A DNA stretch of 64,000 nt, taken from positions 149,190 through 213,189 of IMG/VR virus record IMGVR_UViG_3300037010_001227. The stretch is one strand, 5' to 3'. This document shows, piece after piece, positions 29,418 through 40,136 of this stretch. The notes under the pieces were generated by a model. The model was not told where the DNA came from, searched no databases, and was given only the letters and a program-made list of their open reading frames with translations. Position 1 is the stretch's first letter. Each line of letters begins with the position of its first letter. Made by a program: the position numbers and the translations under genes.

Positions 29418-31400
29418 TTGACAACAGATATTTCGATTTCACCTGAAAAACTATTACAACTTATTTCTGAAACATTTGTAGGTGATTGTCTTACTGAGCT
29501 AACCACTGGAGAATATTCCTTTTCCAGTGGTTTTTCTATTGACAAGAATATCACTGATGAATCTATTTACCGGGATATTATTGATTTTAACTATAATATC
29601 AAATACACTTTTTTCTACCAGCTAGTAGATAGACTCAGTAAAGCTAGTAATAGTTTTAATACAATTAGGGTTAGAGATAACCTAATAAACACCTTTTTTG
29701 ATAAACTATCCAGTATTTATACAGATGCTGCTTCGAATTGTAAGCTGTTCGTAAAAGATAATCAGGTTATTTCTATTATTCTCGGTAGAACATTACCAAT
29801 GAATGCTGGATATGACTATGAACGTGCCGGCATTCCTGAATGTAGTGAAAACTTTGAAATGTCTGAAGGTCAGATATGTTTTGGTCAAGGACAGTGGAAA
29901 GGTTCTAGTGATCCTAAAGATGTAATAGTTATATCTAGAGATTACTTTAGAATCAATGCTTTAGAATATTGTAGTGGCAATCTTAATCTCCTTGTGCATC
30001 CTGAATATGAGCCTTTTTTCTTTGATGATCTCAATTCACAGTATGGCCAAAAGCTTGAATCGTATATTTCAGCTTGCCATTATCCAGAAGATAATTATAA
30101 CTATAACTACTTACTTTCAAGGATTGATTCACCACGAAGAGCAGATAAAAACTCTTGGTATACGAAACGGTCAAAAGATATACGTGTCTTTACGGATTCC
30201 ACAAAATTAAAAGCAGTAAAAGGTTACATCAAACTTCCTATAAAGCATAGTGAAGATTCTATGCAAGCTAAATTTGAAGCAGCTAAAGCTTCAGGAGCAG
30301 AGATTCTGTATAAAGAAATTTCTTTGCTAGACAAAGAAAAACTTATTAAATATGATAAATATGAGATTATTTGCGAAATTGGTCCAATTTTTATCTCCTG
30401 TAAAACTAGTAAATGTCTTGATATCATTAAGAAAACTGAAAATACAAAAACCTTTCGGTTTGATATTTTAAAAAACTTGGTAGGCCCAGTAGCAGATTGG
30501 ATTCTTGGAGATGAACTAAACTATAAGAATCTTAATAATCAGCCATTTCTGTATGTTATACGAAATCTTAATTCAACATTTGTAAATGATATTACATCAG
30601 AAGCTACAGGTTTACTTGGAGTATCTTGGAGAACTAATCCGACTGATGCTCTTACAGCAGTTCGTAATAAGCTAGTAGAAAGAATTCTGTTAGATGAGAA
30701 ACAGTTCAAAGATACTCTAAGACAGCATGTAAAGACTGTGTTCTCTAATAATTCACGGGCACAGTTCCTTGGTCTTGTTCCTGATTTGGCATACAAAGGA
30801 TATAGTAGTCACCCAGGATGGTATATTAAAGAATGTGTTAATGATTCTTTTGGTAGACGCAATCGACGGTTTTCACCGTATTCGTTCAAAGATACTGTTT
30901 TAACTATTGATTTTATTGAATTACTTTCTTCACTATATACTTCAACAGATTACAGATATAGAAGTGTTTTAGGTATTACTAAACAAAGTCAGCTCATGGA
31001 TTACTATCATGATAACTTCATTCCTCAGCCAGATATTGAGAATTCAATAAGCAGCATATCTGATGATCGTTGTTCTAGTGGTTTATTTAAACACTATTTC
31101 CCTAAAGGAACTATTCTTCCTGCAGAATGTATTACTTTATCTACAGAAGCAGTAGAGATTCTAAAAGCAACTGGTTCAATTAGAACTTATAGTGAACTTA
31201 ATACTTGGTTCACATTTGCTAAGAGTTATCTCTCTAACAATACATTCCCATCCTTGCTAGCAAAGATAGATTCAGATCATACTGATATTATCTCTGTTAT
31301 GCATACACTCTGTAAGTTTACTTGTTTCTTACAATATACGGAATGGGCACTTACAGTTCTTGAAGAAGAAGAACTTGTATTGCTCCAACAGCAACAATAG
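29418..31400 (+). CDS. Large hypothetical protein (660 aa)
   Basis: Long open frame; no recognised motif. Confidence 0.8.
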   Translation: MTTDISISPEKLLQLISETFVGDCLTELTTGEYSFSSGFSIDKNITDESIYRDIIDFNYNIKYTFFYQLVDRLSKASNSFNTIRVRDNLINTFFDKLSSIYTDAASNCKLFVKDNQVISIILGRTLPMNAGYDYERAGIPECSENFEMSEGQICFGQGQWKGSSDPKDVIVISRDYFRINALEYCSGNLNLLVHPEYEPFFFDDLNSQYGQKLESYISACHYPEDNYNYNYLLSRIDSPRRADKNSWYTKRSKDIRVFTDSTKLKAVKGYIKLPIKHSEDSMQAKFEAAKASGAEILYKEISLLDKEKLIKYDKYEIICEIGPIFISCKTSKCLDIIKKTENTKTFRFDILKNLVGPVADWILGDELNYKNLNNQPFLYVIRNLNSTFVNDITSEATGLLGVSWRTNPTDALTAVRNKLVERILLDEKQFKDTLRQHVKTVFSNNSRAQFLGLVPDLAYKGYSSHPGWYIKECVNDSFGRRNRRFSPYSFKDTVLTIDFIELLSSLYTSTDYRYRSVLGITKQSQLMDYYHDNFIPQPDIENSISSISDDRCSSGLFKHYFPKGTILPAECITLSTEAVEILKATGSIRTYSELNTWFTFAKSYLSNNTFPSLLAKIDSDHTDIISVMHTLCKFTCFLQYTEWALTVLEEEELVLLQQQQ

Positions 31401-31408
31401 GAGAATTT

Positions 31409-32050
31409 GTGATAGACAAAACATTATTCCATCTAAGATATAAGTTGGCACAGTTTCTTGTGGCTGACATTGTCTTTTCTGGAATAATCAAACAACCTAA
31501 TTTTTCTGATCTCTCTTCATTAGAGTTGATCCAGGAGGATAAGGGGTTTTATCTTACCGCACTACGATTAGTAACAAATCTTACTCAGTTTGATACAAAG
31601 TCTGAACAGGATTCTGAAATGTTCAAACAGAAAATCATTGATGGTAAGACATTGTATTTTAACAAAGGAGTGTTAGAATTAGCAGCTAATAAAAATCTAA
31701 CCGAAGCATTAGCAGAAGCAAAGGATGTAGATGAATTGATTAAGGTAGATCTGTTTGATACCTTAGTTTATCAGAAAATCTATAATGCTTACTTCATGGC
31801 TTTTGAACAGCCAGATTACAACTATCAATTTCTTGATGATGAAACTGCACAGTTAGCAAATTCAAGTATTCCAATCAATGCTTTCAGTTTGTTTGATAAT
31901 AAAACTCTACAAACTATCGAAGGCTTGTTTGATTTTGAAGATAACAAAGCAGTAAGAAAAGTCATTAAGTTCATGAAAGCTCATGAACATATTAAGACTT
32001 ATACGCAGTTTATTGCTTTAGTTGAACGATTTGCAATTGTTAAGAAATAA
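31409..32050 (+). CDS. Hypothetical protein
   Basis: AGGAG SD, GTG start. Confidence 0.8.
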   Translation: MIDKTLFHLRYKLAQFLVADIVFSGIIKQPNFSDLSSLELIQEDKGFYLTALRLVTNLTQFDTKSEQDSEMFKQKIIDGKTLYFNKGVLELAANKNLTEALAEAKDVDELIKVDLFDTLVYQKIYNAYFMAFEQPDYNYQFLDDETAQLANSSIPINAFSLFDNKTLQTIEGLFDFEDNKAVRKVIKFMKAHEHIKTYTQFIALVERFAIVKK

Positions 32051-32110
32051 TGAATAATATTAGTATTATTAGTAATAACTTTTAACGTAATACAATTTCG
32101 GAGTATACGA

Positions 32111-33415
32111 ATGGCTGACGAAAAGATTGCTAAGGTTGATTATTTCACTTCTGCTTGCCGAATGACCTTAGCACAAGTTCATAAGTTCTTCACAGATGTT
32201 CTTCTAAAAATGGATCCCGCAGATGCTCCTGCTGTTGTCCTTTGGGGCGCACCTGGAATTGCTAAGACTGCCATCATTGAACAGGTTTTTGGAGGTCATG
32301 AATTTGGTCTGGCTACTGTAATTGCTAGTCAGATTGGTCCTCTAGATTCTAACGGACTACCTCACATCGAAAAGCAGAAGATTACCGATGCTTCCGGTAA
32401 CATTGGTGAGACCGATATTACCACTTTTACTCCTACTAACATTTGGGGTCGTGGTAAGAAGAATCTTTTCCTTGACGAACTAAATAACGCACAGCCTTCT
32501 ACTATGGCTGCACTACAGAACCTTCTTTCTTCAAGAATGATGGGTGGTGATAATTTCAACGGAGTTTACATTGTAGCTGCTTGTAATCCTCCTAGCACAA
32601 ATAGTCTTGCTAACGATCTGAACCATCCTTCTGTTTCTCGATGCCTTCACATCATTGTAGACTACACTCTTAATGATTTCATAAACTATGCTATGGAATC
32701 TGGTAAGATTCATCCTGCTATCGTAGCATTCCATAAGAAGACTTCTGGACAGTATCTACAGGCAAAGTGGGAAGTTGTTAAGAATCATGGTTATCAGGTT
32801 CCTGAACCTAGCGCAAATGAGCCTTTCCCCTGTCCTCGAACTTGGACTCTTGCTTCTAATTTCCTTAATGCAATGGCTAAGACTGGAAAGATGGAATATG
32901 CTTTCATACAGCCTATTGTTGAAGGTTGCGTAGGTGTTGCAGCAGCTTCTCAGTTCTCTACTACTTATGCTTATATGAATCGCCTTCCTGATATTGAAGC
33001 TGTATTCGATGGTAAGCTAACTTCCAAGGGAATTGATATGAAGGGTGAAGTAGCAGTAGAATATCTAACTGCATTCTCAGCGATTAATCTTGCTGCAATG
33101 AAGATCGATGAAGCAAAGAGTTCCGGTATAAAGTGCATTATGCCAAAAGCTGATGACGATAAGAAGACTCCTGCTTGGCATCTCCTTGCTGGTCTACATC
33201 GTCTAATTCAGTTCGTTTCCACTGTTTGCTCTCCTGAACTAGGAACTATGGTTATGTCTAACGTAACTGATCGTATTCGCATTCTTCCTTCTTCTTTCCT
33301 AACTGCGATTTATAGCGATATCGACGTTAAGAACGGTCTAACTCGGGCAAAGACTTTCTCTAAGACCGCTCTGACTAATTCTGAGAATCGTAACGCTATT
33401 GCAGGTTCTTTCTAA
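32111..33415 (+). CDS. MoxR-type AAA+ ATPase
   Basis: Walker A GAPGIAKT; Walker B LFLDELN; AACNPP; PCPRTW. Confidence 0.9.
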   Translation: MADEKIAKVDYFTSACRMTLAQVHKFFTDVLLKMDPADAPAVVLWGAPGIAKTAIIEQVFGGHEFGLATVIASQIGPLDSNGLPHIEKQKITDASGNIGETDITTFTPTNIWGRGKKNLFLDELNNAQPSTMAALQNLLSSRMMGGDNFNGVYIVAACNPPSTNSLANDLNHPSVSRCLHIIVDYTLNDFINYAMESGKIHPAIVAFHKKTSGQYLQAKWEVVKNHGYQVPEPSANEPFPCPRTWTLASNFLNAMAKTGKMEYAFIQPIVEGCVGVAAASQFSTTYAYMNRLPDIEAVFDGKLTSKGIDMKGEVAVEYLTAFSAINLAAMKIDEAKSSGIKCIMPKADDDKKTPAWHLLAGLHRLIQFVSTVCSPELGTMVMSNVTDRIRILPSSFLTAIYSDIDVKNGLTRAKTFSKTALTNSENRNAIAGSF

Positions 33416-33581
33416 TACAACTTTTGGAGGTTTAATATGTTGTATCTAATTATTGCTCTTAGTGCTATTTATATCACAGATACCTAATCTGCACGTAGAA
33501 AAAGAATTGACAACCCAAAAAGTATCAACAAAAATTACAAAACTACCGCATCAATTTTTTTTAACGGTATTCTTGAAATAC

Positions 33582-34353
33582 TCAATAAGTTCTAGTTTGT
33601 TTCTCTAAAGTAGCTTTACGTGCAGCAACTCTTTTAGCACTTTGTTCTGGTGATTGTTTAGGTCTTGGAACTTTAGACATATTCTTCTTACGTTTTTCAG
33701 ATAGAGAAACTCCAGTTAGTTTATCAAATATCTGTTTACGTAATTCAGCAGAACCAGTTCTACCAGAGTTAGCTGCACTAATTTTAGCTTTAGCTTCTTC
33801 AGAGTGACTTCTACCTAACATAGTTAGATAGTTAGACCTTCTGGTTTACTACCTTTACAACGTTCAGAACGTGTTTTGGCTTCTTCTAATTGTTTAACTT
33901 TAGGTCTAATACTGGCAGCAACGTCAGCAGTAATTTTAGCTCTTGCTTCACGCATTTTAGCTTTAGTTTCTGCTGATTTTGGTTTGCTGCTGGCAATACG
34001 AAGGTTTTCTTTAGTAGTTTCAGAGCATTGTTTACCATATTGGCCATTTAGTTCACCAACATGGTGAACTACAGCAGTTTTATCTATGTTATATCCTGGA
34101 GAATATAAAGAAAAAGATAATTGTTCTTTTCAATCAATTGCTCTTTTTCACAAAGTAAAATAATTTCAAGTTTAAATGAAGTTTCTCCATGTTTCTTCCA
34201 ACTACGTTGTAATTTTTCGTTAGGTGTTTATTAAAACCGTAACATACTTATATGTTTAGCCCAGTGATTTTCAATATTAATGAAAGAGACAATATAAAGT
34301 TTGTTATTATTTGTATTAATGATTTTATAAATTCCGCACGATTTTGTTTTCAT
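33582..34353 (-). pseudogene. GIY-YIG homing endonuclease with multiple NUMOD3 repeats, fragmented
   Basis: GAGG SD + MKTKSCGIYKIINTNNNKLYI; KLQRSWKKHGETSF; PGYNI; HSEEAKAKIS repeats; several stops. Confidence 0.85.
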
Positions 34354-34438
34354 GTGAACCTCATATGTAACTGTGTATGAATGAGAATGTTTAAACAAAA
34401 TATTTCTATTTTATGTAAGTCCTTCAATTGGAGTTAAA

Positions 34439-35758
34439 ATGGATTTCACAGAGTATATAAAATTACATTGGGACGACGTAACTATCCCAGTTGTAAATAT
34501 TTCGAGCCTGAGGCAATTCCTGATTCGGAAGTGTCCATTTTATACTCAGGTTCTACAGTTAGTTAATGTAGAGTTTATTGATAATGCAAAGATTCCTGCT
34601 TGTGGTTATACTAATGGCCACAAGATTTATCTCAATCCTAGGATTTATGCAATTTCTGAAATGTATTCCAAGGAGAATAATATGCCTTGGTTTAAAACCC
34701 CTGAAATGGGTTTTGCATTTATTCTAATGCATGAAGCTGGACACCTTGTTTTTGATAGTTTTGGAAGACAGGGTGGAAGAGATGCAAGAATGTGGAACTC
34801 TGCAACTGATTATCAGATTAATCAGTTCGTAGTTAAACTTCTTAAAGAATCTCAAGTGTTCTCTACTCCACAGTCTTATCAGGAATTTCTTACTGTTATC
34901 ATGAAGAACTTCCTATTAGATCCTGCAAAATATGAGAAGATGAATGCTGAAATGACTTATGATGATATATATAAGATCAAAATAGGTTCTGGTAACGGTG
35001 ATGTTCCTAGTAATGGCACATTAGCTGGTGACCTGGTTGAGCCAGAAGATGATATGACTGATCAGGAACGTATGGATAGAGAGATTGTTAAATCTGAACT
35101 TAAGGACTACGCTACTAAGAACGCTTCTAAGTTAGCAGGTGTTGGTAGCTGTTTCCGAGAGTTTGAATTCTTACAAGAGCCTCCCAAGGTTAATTTGAAA
35201 ATGGTTCTGCGTCAGATTACTGATAAAGAGGTAGCGGACGATTGGGGATGGCATAATCGTGGTTCTCGTATGGATCATTTGCTCGCAGAAGGTTCAAGAC
35301 TTCCTTCTGTAGTTCCTTGTAATCCTGACATAGTGAGAAAGGTGTTCTTTGTTCTTGATTCATCTGGTAGTATGTCAGATGAACAGCTAAATGATGCTCT
35401 CAACATCGTTAAAGACTGCTTAGGGAAGTACACTAGACAGCCTATTTATCTTATTATCCACACAAGTGAAATTGTGTTTAGTAAGGATATTAAGAGCCAC
35501 AACGATGTAATTAAGAAGTTTTCTGGTGGAACTGCTTTTAGACCTGTGCTTGAAGAAATCGCACGAGTTCGTAAGAAAGAACATATTGAGCCTAGCGTAG
35601 TAATTTGGCTAACAGATTACTATGGCGAAATGCGGCCACAAGCAGAAGACCTTCGTAAGGCTGTAAAGAATCCATTTAAGCAGTTTAAATGGATTATCTC
35701 TGGCAGTCGAGAAGTTCCTGATTGCGGAGCCTATTATTACATTGATGATGTTAATTAA
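34439..35758 (+). CDS. HExxH metallopeptidase-like plus VWA domain protein (DUF2201-like), usual MoxR partner
   Basis: YTNG, LMHEAGH, WNSATDYQIN; MIDAS DSSGSMS; GGT.F; WLTDYYG. Confidence 0.88.
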   Translation: MDFTEYIKLHWDDVTIPVVNISSLRQFLIRKCPFYTQVLQLVNVEFIDNAKIPACGYTNGHKIYLNPRIYAISEMYSKENNMPWFKTPEMGFAFILMHEAGHLVFDSFGRQGGRDARMWNSATDYQINQFVVKLLKESQVFSTPQSYQEFLTVIMKNFLLDPAKYEKMNAEMTYDDIYKIKIGSGNGDVPSNGTLAGDLVEPEDDMTDQERMDREIVKSELKDYATKNASKLAGVGSCFREFEFLQEPPKVNLKMVLRQITDKEVADDWGWHNRGSRMDHLLAEGSRLPSVVPCNPDIVRKVFFVLDSSGSMSDEQLNDALNIVKDCLGKYTRQPIYLIIHTSEIVFSKDIKSHNDVIKKFSGGTAFRPVLEEIARVRKKEHIEPSVVIWLTDYYGEMRPQAEDLRKAVKNPFKQFKWIISGSREVPDCGAYYYIDDVN

Positions 35759-36190
35759 AGATTATATCGACGAAGTATACAAAAGTATCAATCTGACCAG
35801 TCACATATCCCTTTAGAAACTATAAAATCTGATTTTTCATTATTTGAAAAGCAAATCAGTATTTTAATAGGAAAATTAAATGCTGATGTAAGATTGGTAT
35901 CTAATACTACTGTAGTAACATTTGAAAATTCTTCAGTTAAAATTACTGATGACGCGAGTTTAAAAATTGTAATGAGGGAAGGCCCATATAAAGGCACGTT
36001 ATATATTGGGAATAGACAAAAATGGATTGATTTATATACTTTTTACAGTAGTTCAAACAAATTCAATTGGACTATTTTCTGGACAGTTTTAACAGCTTTA
36101 CTTGGAGCTATTGTAGGTGGAGTAATTTCAGAATATTTTAAGTCATGTAAACCTGGACTAATTCAAAGGAAACATTCATGCCAACTATGA
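35748..36190 (+). pseudogene. Frameshifted hypothetical protein with C-terminal TM helix
   Basis: ATG 35748 frame (MLIKDYIDEVYKSI...) stops early; the second frame is open 35759-36190 and ends with IFWTVLTALLGAIVGGVI. Confidence 0.45.
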
Positions 36191-36232
36191 CATGGGTAGA
36201 ACTCCAAAGCTACTGCTTTCCAAAACCGACTA

Positions 36233-36266
36233 AAATAAGCCCTATCAACCTAGGTAGGGCTTATTT
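36233..36266 (+). terminator. Terminator-like hairpin
   Basis: AAATAAGCCCTA/TAGGGCTTATTT 12-bp inverted repeat. Confidence 0.65.
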
Positions 36267-36299
36267 ACTTATTGCTAATTATTATTATGAGGGTTAATC

Positions 36300-36725
36300 T
36301 TGACTCGTACTGTTATAGTAGGATACGAAACCTTTAGTAAATTAAACATAAAAGATTACCCAGATCATTTGATTGAAGTTAGAGTCGATGAAAAGGATCC
36401 AAATACTGTAATAACTATTTTAAGTGTGGATGAAACTGGTTCAAAACTATGCCACGTAGAGCACTATTTATCTTCAGTAGAATTTGCTACGGTCTCAATG
36501 AAGCAGGTTTTAACAATATATGTAAAACGTAAGATTGTTAGCATGTTTCCAGAAACATTTACTCCAGATGACCCAAAACTTCATTCTTATATCAGTCGAT
36601 TAAGTTATGAAGGTATCAAATATGTTTCTGAACATATTGAACAGTTCGCAAAGGAATTCAAAAGCGGTAAAATCGTAATGAAGATTCCTCAGAAACAATA
36701 TCAGAAAGACAAACCTAGGAGGTAA
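36300..36725 (+). CDS. Hypothetical protein
   Basis: GAGG SD, TTG start. Confidence 0.7.
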   Translation: MTRTVIVGYETFSKLNIKDYPDHLIEVRVDEKDPNTVITILSVDETGSKLCHVEHYLSSVEFATVSMKQVLTIYVKRKIVSMFPETFTPDDPKLHSYISRLSYEGIKYVSEHIEQFAKEFKSGKIVMKIPQKQYQKDKPRR

Positions 36726-36726
36726 C

Positions 36727-37527
36727 ATGACGAAAAAGAAACTAAGACTTCCAAAAGATTCTGAGATTTTGGATGTTATCAAAGAGAAAGTTTTAGTAAG
36801 TCATGCAGTAACTCTAGCAGCAGAAGATTATATCAAACAGGCTGTTACAGATTATCTCACAAGTTATCTACTGCAAGAACTCGGTTTTGTAGTAGTAAAT
36901 AAAGATCCAAAAAACTTAGAATCTTCTATGTTAACGTCTTCATTTCAGCATATAGACGATATTAAATACATTCTTCATGGATGTGTTTCTTCAAAGAACG
37001 GCGCTAAGTTTGTTTCTACTTCAGATGAAAAGCTAACTGAAGAAGAAAAGAAAAGATTGAAGACACGAGAACAACTGTCTATTTGTTCTTTAGAACAGAT
37101 TATTGAAAACACTCAAAACTCTGATGGACAGCCTAGAGTAAAATATATTAAGTTCCGAGAAGATTTACCAGCAAATGCTTCTAGTGCCCAACAGGTTATA
37201 AATATGTTGGCAAAAGAGATCGGTGACTTTGTTTCTGTTCAGAAACCAGCAGAGATTGATTACAAAAAACTTGATTTCTCTAAAATAGCTAATGATAAAG
37301 CATTGGACAAGTTTCTTACTGATATCATTGCTTACGAAGCTGGACTTAAAGATACTCTTGAAGTGGCTTTGGATTTATTTGATCCACTTATTAGAACTCT
37401 TGTATTTGACAAAATGCCAGTTTGGCATGAATTAGCTATTAAAGAAGCTCAAATCTCCAACTTTAACGATATTAGTTTTCAAGTCGTTGAAGATCCTTGG
37501 ATGAACTTATTTAATAACTTAACATGA
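36727..37527 (+). CDS. Hypothetical protein
   Basis: AGGAGG SD. Confidence 0.8.
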   Translation: MTKKKLRLPKDSEILDVIKEKVLVSHAVTLAAEDYIKQAVTDYLTSYLLQELGFVVVNKDPKNLESSMLTSSFQHIDDIKYILHGCVSSKNGAKFVSTSDEKLTEEEKKRLKTREQLSICSLEQIIENTQNSDGQPRVKYIKFREDLPANASSAQQVINMLAKEIGDFVSVQKPAEIDYKKLDFSKIANDKALDKFLTDIIAYEAGLKDTLEVALDLFDPLIRTLVFDKMPVWHELAIKEAQISNFNDISFQVVEDPWMNLFNNLT

Positions 37528-38045
37528 ATTTTACCATAGAAGATTTATTTTTCGATCATAAAGACTTCGTTTTTACTAAACTTATGATAGCCTCCGCTAC
37601 AATAGATGATAAACATTGGGCATCTGTGATAGGTTGTTTGGCGTCTAAATATAAGTTCGCAGTTTCTACCGACACCTTTGCTGGTATGTTAGGGACTGAC
37701 ATAGTGATAATACCGGACCAAAAAGTTTTATTTTCTGCTAAAGTTTTTGAACTCTTTGTCCGATATAACTTTATGAACGATCAGGACGCAGCGGTTCACG
37801 AAATGCTTCGGTCTGAACAGTTTTCAAAGAGGGAGTTGTTTCCTTCAAATAAGTATCCAAATGTTTACCATAGATTTGCTGCTCCAGCAGAAAAACATAG
37901 AAGTCCCACTAAGGGTGTTATCATAATTGATACAGAACTGGACAGTAAGTTTATTACACAGTGGAACTTCTTGAAAAATTACTCCAAATTAAACGGTAAT
38001 ATTAATATGTATCTTAACAAATTAAAGGAACTTTCAAATGAATAA
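37524..38045 (+). CDS. Hypothetical protein
   Basis: ORF track; chained overlaps. Confidence 0.75.
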   Translation: MNFTIEDLFFDHKDFVFTKLMIASATIDDKHWASVIGCLASKYKFAVSTDTFAGMLGTDIVIIPDQKVLFSAKVFELFVRYNFMNDQDAAVHEMLRSEQFSKRELFPSNKYPNVYHRFAAPAEKHRSPTKGVIIIDTELDSKFITQWNFLKNYSKLNGNINMYLNKLKELSNE

Positions 38046-38298
38046 GAGCGATCTAATCCTATCAGTAGCCAGTGCCCAGGAAATTTCCCAGCGTAAAGCT
38101 GGTGAGGTTGTTGATACTGTAATCTCCAGCATCCTAGAAGGTCTGGATAATGATGGTGAAGTAACTCTGCGTGGTTTTGGTAGTCTACAGGTTGTAAAAG
38201 CTGCTCCTAGGACTGGTCGGAATATTAAGACTGGCGAAGCTATTAGCATTCCTGCTCGTAGTCGGGTTAAGTTCAAGAGCTATATCGAACTCGTATAA
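38038..38298 (+). CDS. hup: HU/IHF family DNA-binding protein
   Basis: MNKSDLI...V.LRGFGSL...RTGRNIKTGEAISIPA...KFK. Confidence 0.97.
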   Translation: MNKSDLILSVASAQEISQRKAGEVVDTVISSILEGLDNDGEVTLRGFGSLQVVKAAPRTGRNIKTGEAISIPARSRVKFKSYIELV

Positions 38299-38331
38299 TT
38301 TAATAACAAACTAATTAAAAGATTTATATCA

Positions 38332-38366
38332 AATAGGACTAACATCGTGTTAGTCCTATTTTACTT
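38332..38366 (+). terminator. Terminator after hup
   Basis: AATAGGACTAAC-atcgt-GTTAGTCCTATT then T-rich. Confidence 0.75.
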
Positions 38367-38397
38367 TCTAACAATTTAAAATAATAAGGCTATACAA

Positions 38398-38634
38398 ATG
38401 TCAAACCTAAACAAACTTTCCGTAAATTCTTCCAACTACAAGGGAACTATCGGAAAGGAAACTCTTTACATTTGCCAGACTTGCCAGCTACATGAAAAGG
38501 AACTGGCTCTACCTTCACGAAATTACAAGTATTGCAGTGATTGTGGCAATATATCAATAAAGAGTCATCTGGTTGAAAGTTTTAACTGGGTTAACAATAA
38601 GGTTACCCCTAACTTTGATAACAATGAAGAGTAA
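38398..38634 (+). CDS. Small Zn-ribbon hypothetical protein
   Basis: CQTC...CSDC. Confidence 0.65.
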   Translation: MSNLNKLSVNSSNYKGTIGKETLYICQTCQLHEKELALPSRNYKYCSDCGNISIKSHLVESFNWVNNKVTPNFDNNEE

Positions 38635-38640
38635 CTCATA

Positions 38641-39183
38641 GTGCCTTTAGTTACAAAAGAACTACTTGAACAAAAATTAACAAAGTGGACATTATCAAGT
38701 CAGGTTCATAAAGTTCTTGGTTTTACAGATGAGCAGGAGCTTGAAGTAAAGACAGAACTTAATACTCTTGCTTCCCTTGGTGTAGTAGATAAAGATGGTG
38801 CCAAGAGAGGTCTTAAATACAGATTAGCTGGTATCGTAGATTCAGAAGGTTCAGAAGAAGAACTTGATGAAGAAGATTCAGAAAAGCTCGTTGAAGAAGA
38901 TAGAAGTGTAAGAAATTATAAAGTAGTTAGACAATCTAACGTTATTGCTACAGAAAAAGCAAACTTTTACGAACTATTGGAATGGATCACTAACGTAGAC
39001 GTTAATAGAGATCCATATCTCAATTCCATGGCATTAGTAGTAAAAAAACTTAGTGATGGCTCTATTGATGTAATCACATATGCTGGAATTATGAAGTTAC
39101 GAGATACTAACTACTCTCCAGACGAATTTAGCAAGTTCATTCACAAGTCAATTACTCCTAAAAACACAAAGGAAACAAAATGA
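38641..39183 (+). CDS. Hypothetical protein
   Basis: 180-aa ORF. Confidence 0.75.
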   Translation: MPLVTKELLEQKLTKWTLSSQVHKVLGFTDEQELEVKTELNTLASLGVVDKDGAKRGLKYRLAGIVDSEGSEEELDEEDSEKLVEEDRSVRNYKVVRQSNVIATEKANFYELLEWITNVDVNRDPYLNSMALVVKKLSDGSIDVITYAGIMKLRDTNYSPDEFSKFIHKSITPKNTKETK

Positions 39184-40064
39184 TTCTAAAATCTTTCAAA
39201 GACGCTCGTAAGGCTTTTTCTTCTAATCTGACTGCAATTATGGCAGCATTAAATTATACACCAGCTTCTCTATCTATGAAGCTAAATGCTGAAGCTACTT
39301 CAAATGGTAGTGTTAAGTCCATTGTAACTGCAACAGAAATTTCTGAGTGGATGACTAACAAGAAGATTCCAAGCCTTTATGCTGTTTTTAAACTTGCTTC
39401 TTTCCTGCGTGTTTCTATTGATCTTCTAATGGATCCAGAACTAGATGTTATGGAGGTAGCAGCACACAGTTTTGCTTTACAGAGTAGGACTACCCCTAAG
39501 ATTGCAAATAGTCAGGAAGCTAGATTTAAGCCAAATAAGCCAAAGGGTATTCCTATGACTGATATAGTAGAGGTTCTACAACCTATTTCTGAAGCTGAAA
39601 TCCAGCTTGCTCAGAACCACTCTAATAATGCCCTTGGTAAGGATGTTAAGAACACTTTCATCGATTCTCTAACAGATGATGATTTCCTAAATGCAGCTTC
39701 AGCTACTGCTACTGCTATCGTTCCTAAGAAGACTGGTATACAGGCTATTACTTCTCAGCGTGTAGTGGCTCCAGTTAAATCTACTAAGGATCTTGCTAAG
39801 ATTTCTGTAGAGAAGCACACCACAAGCACTAAGTATAATGTTAAGCTCGCTTATGCAATTCTAACTTCTAAGTATTCTGTGAAGGAAGTTGCTAAGGCTT
39901 GTAACATTGGTGCTTCTACTCTTCGTGGTTATATGTATTACAATGTTCCTGTTCCTAAGAATATCGCTTACAAGATTCTAAAGACCATTAAGGCTTGTAA
40001 TTATGCTTCTCTTGGACTGAAATATGATGAAGTAAAACTTAAGTATACTCATCAGACAGTCTAG
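39180..40064 (+). CDS. Protein with two XRE-type HTH domains
   Basis: N-terminal ...EISEWMTNKKIPSL...KLASFLRVSIDLL; C-terminal SVKEVAKACNIGASTLRGY. Confidence 0.7.
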   Translation: MILKSFKDARKAFSSNLTAIMAALNYTPASLSMKLNAEATSNGSVKSIVTATEISEWMTNKKIPSLYAVFKLASFLRVSIDLLMDPELDVMEVAAHSFALQSRTTPKIANSQEARFKPNKPKGIPMTDIVEVLQPISEAEIQLAQNHSNNALGKDVKNTFIDSLTDDDFLNAASATATAIVPKKTGIQAITSQRVVAPVKSTKDLAKISVEKHTTSTKYNVKLAYAILTSKYSVKEVAKACNIGASTLRGYMYYNVPVPKNIAYKILKTIKACNYASLGLKYDEVKLKYTHQTV

Positions 40065-40082
40065 TATTAATTAATCTAAGAA

Positions 40083-40116
40083 AACAACATCCGGGTTTAA
40101 CCGCTCGGATGTTGTT
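40083..40116 (+). terminator. Terminator-like hairpin
   Basis: AACAACATCCG/CGGATGTTGTT 11-bp inverted repeat. Confidence 0.6.
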
Positions 40117-40136
40117 GTATTTAGAGTTGGGATGGT

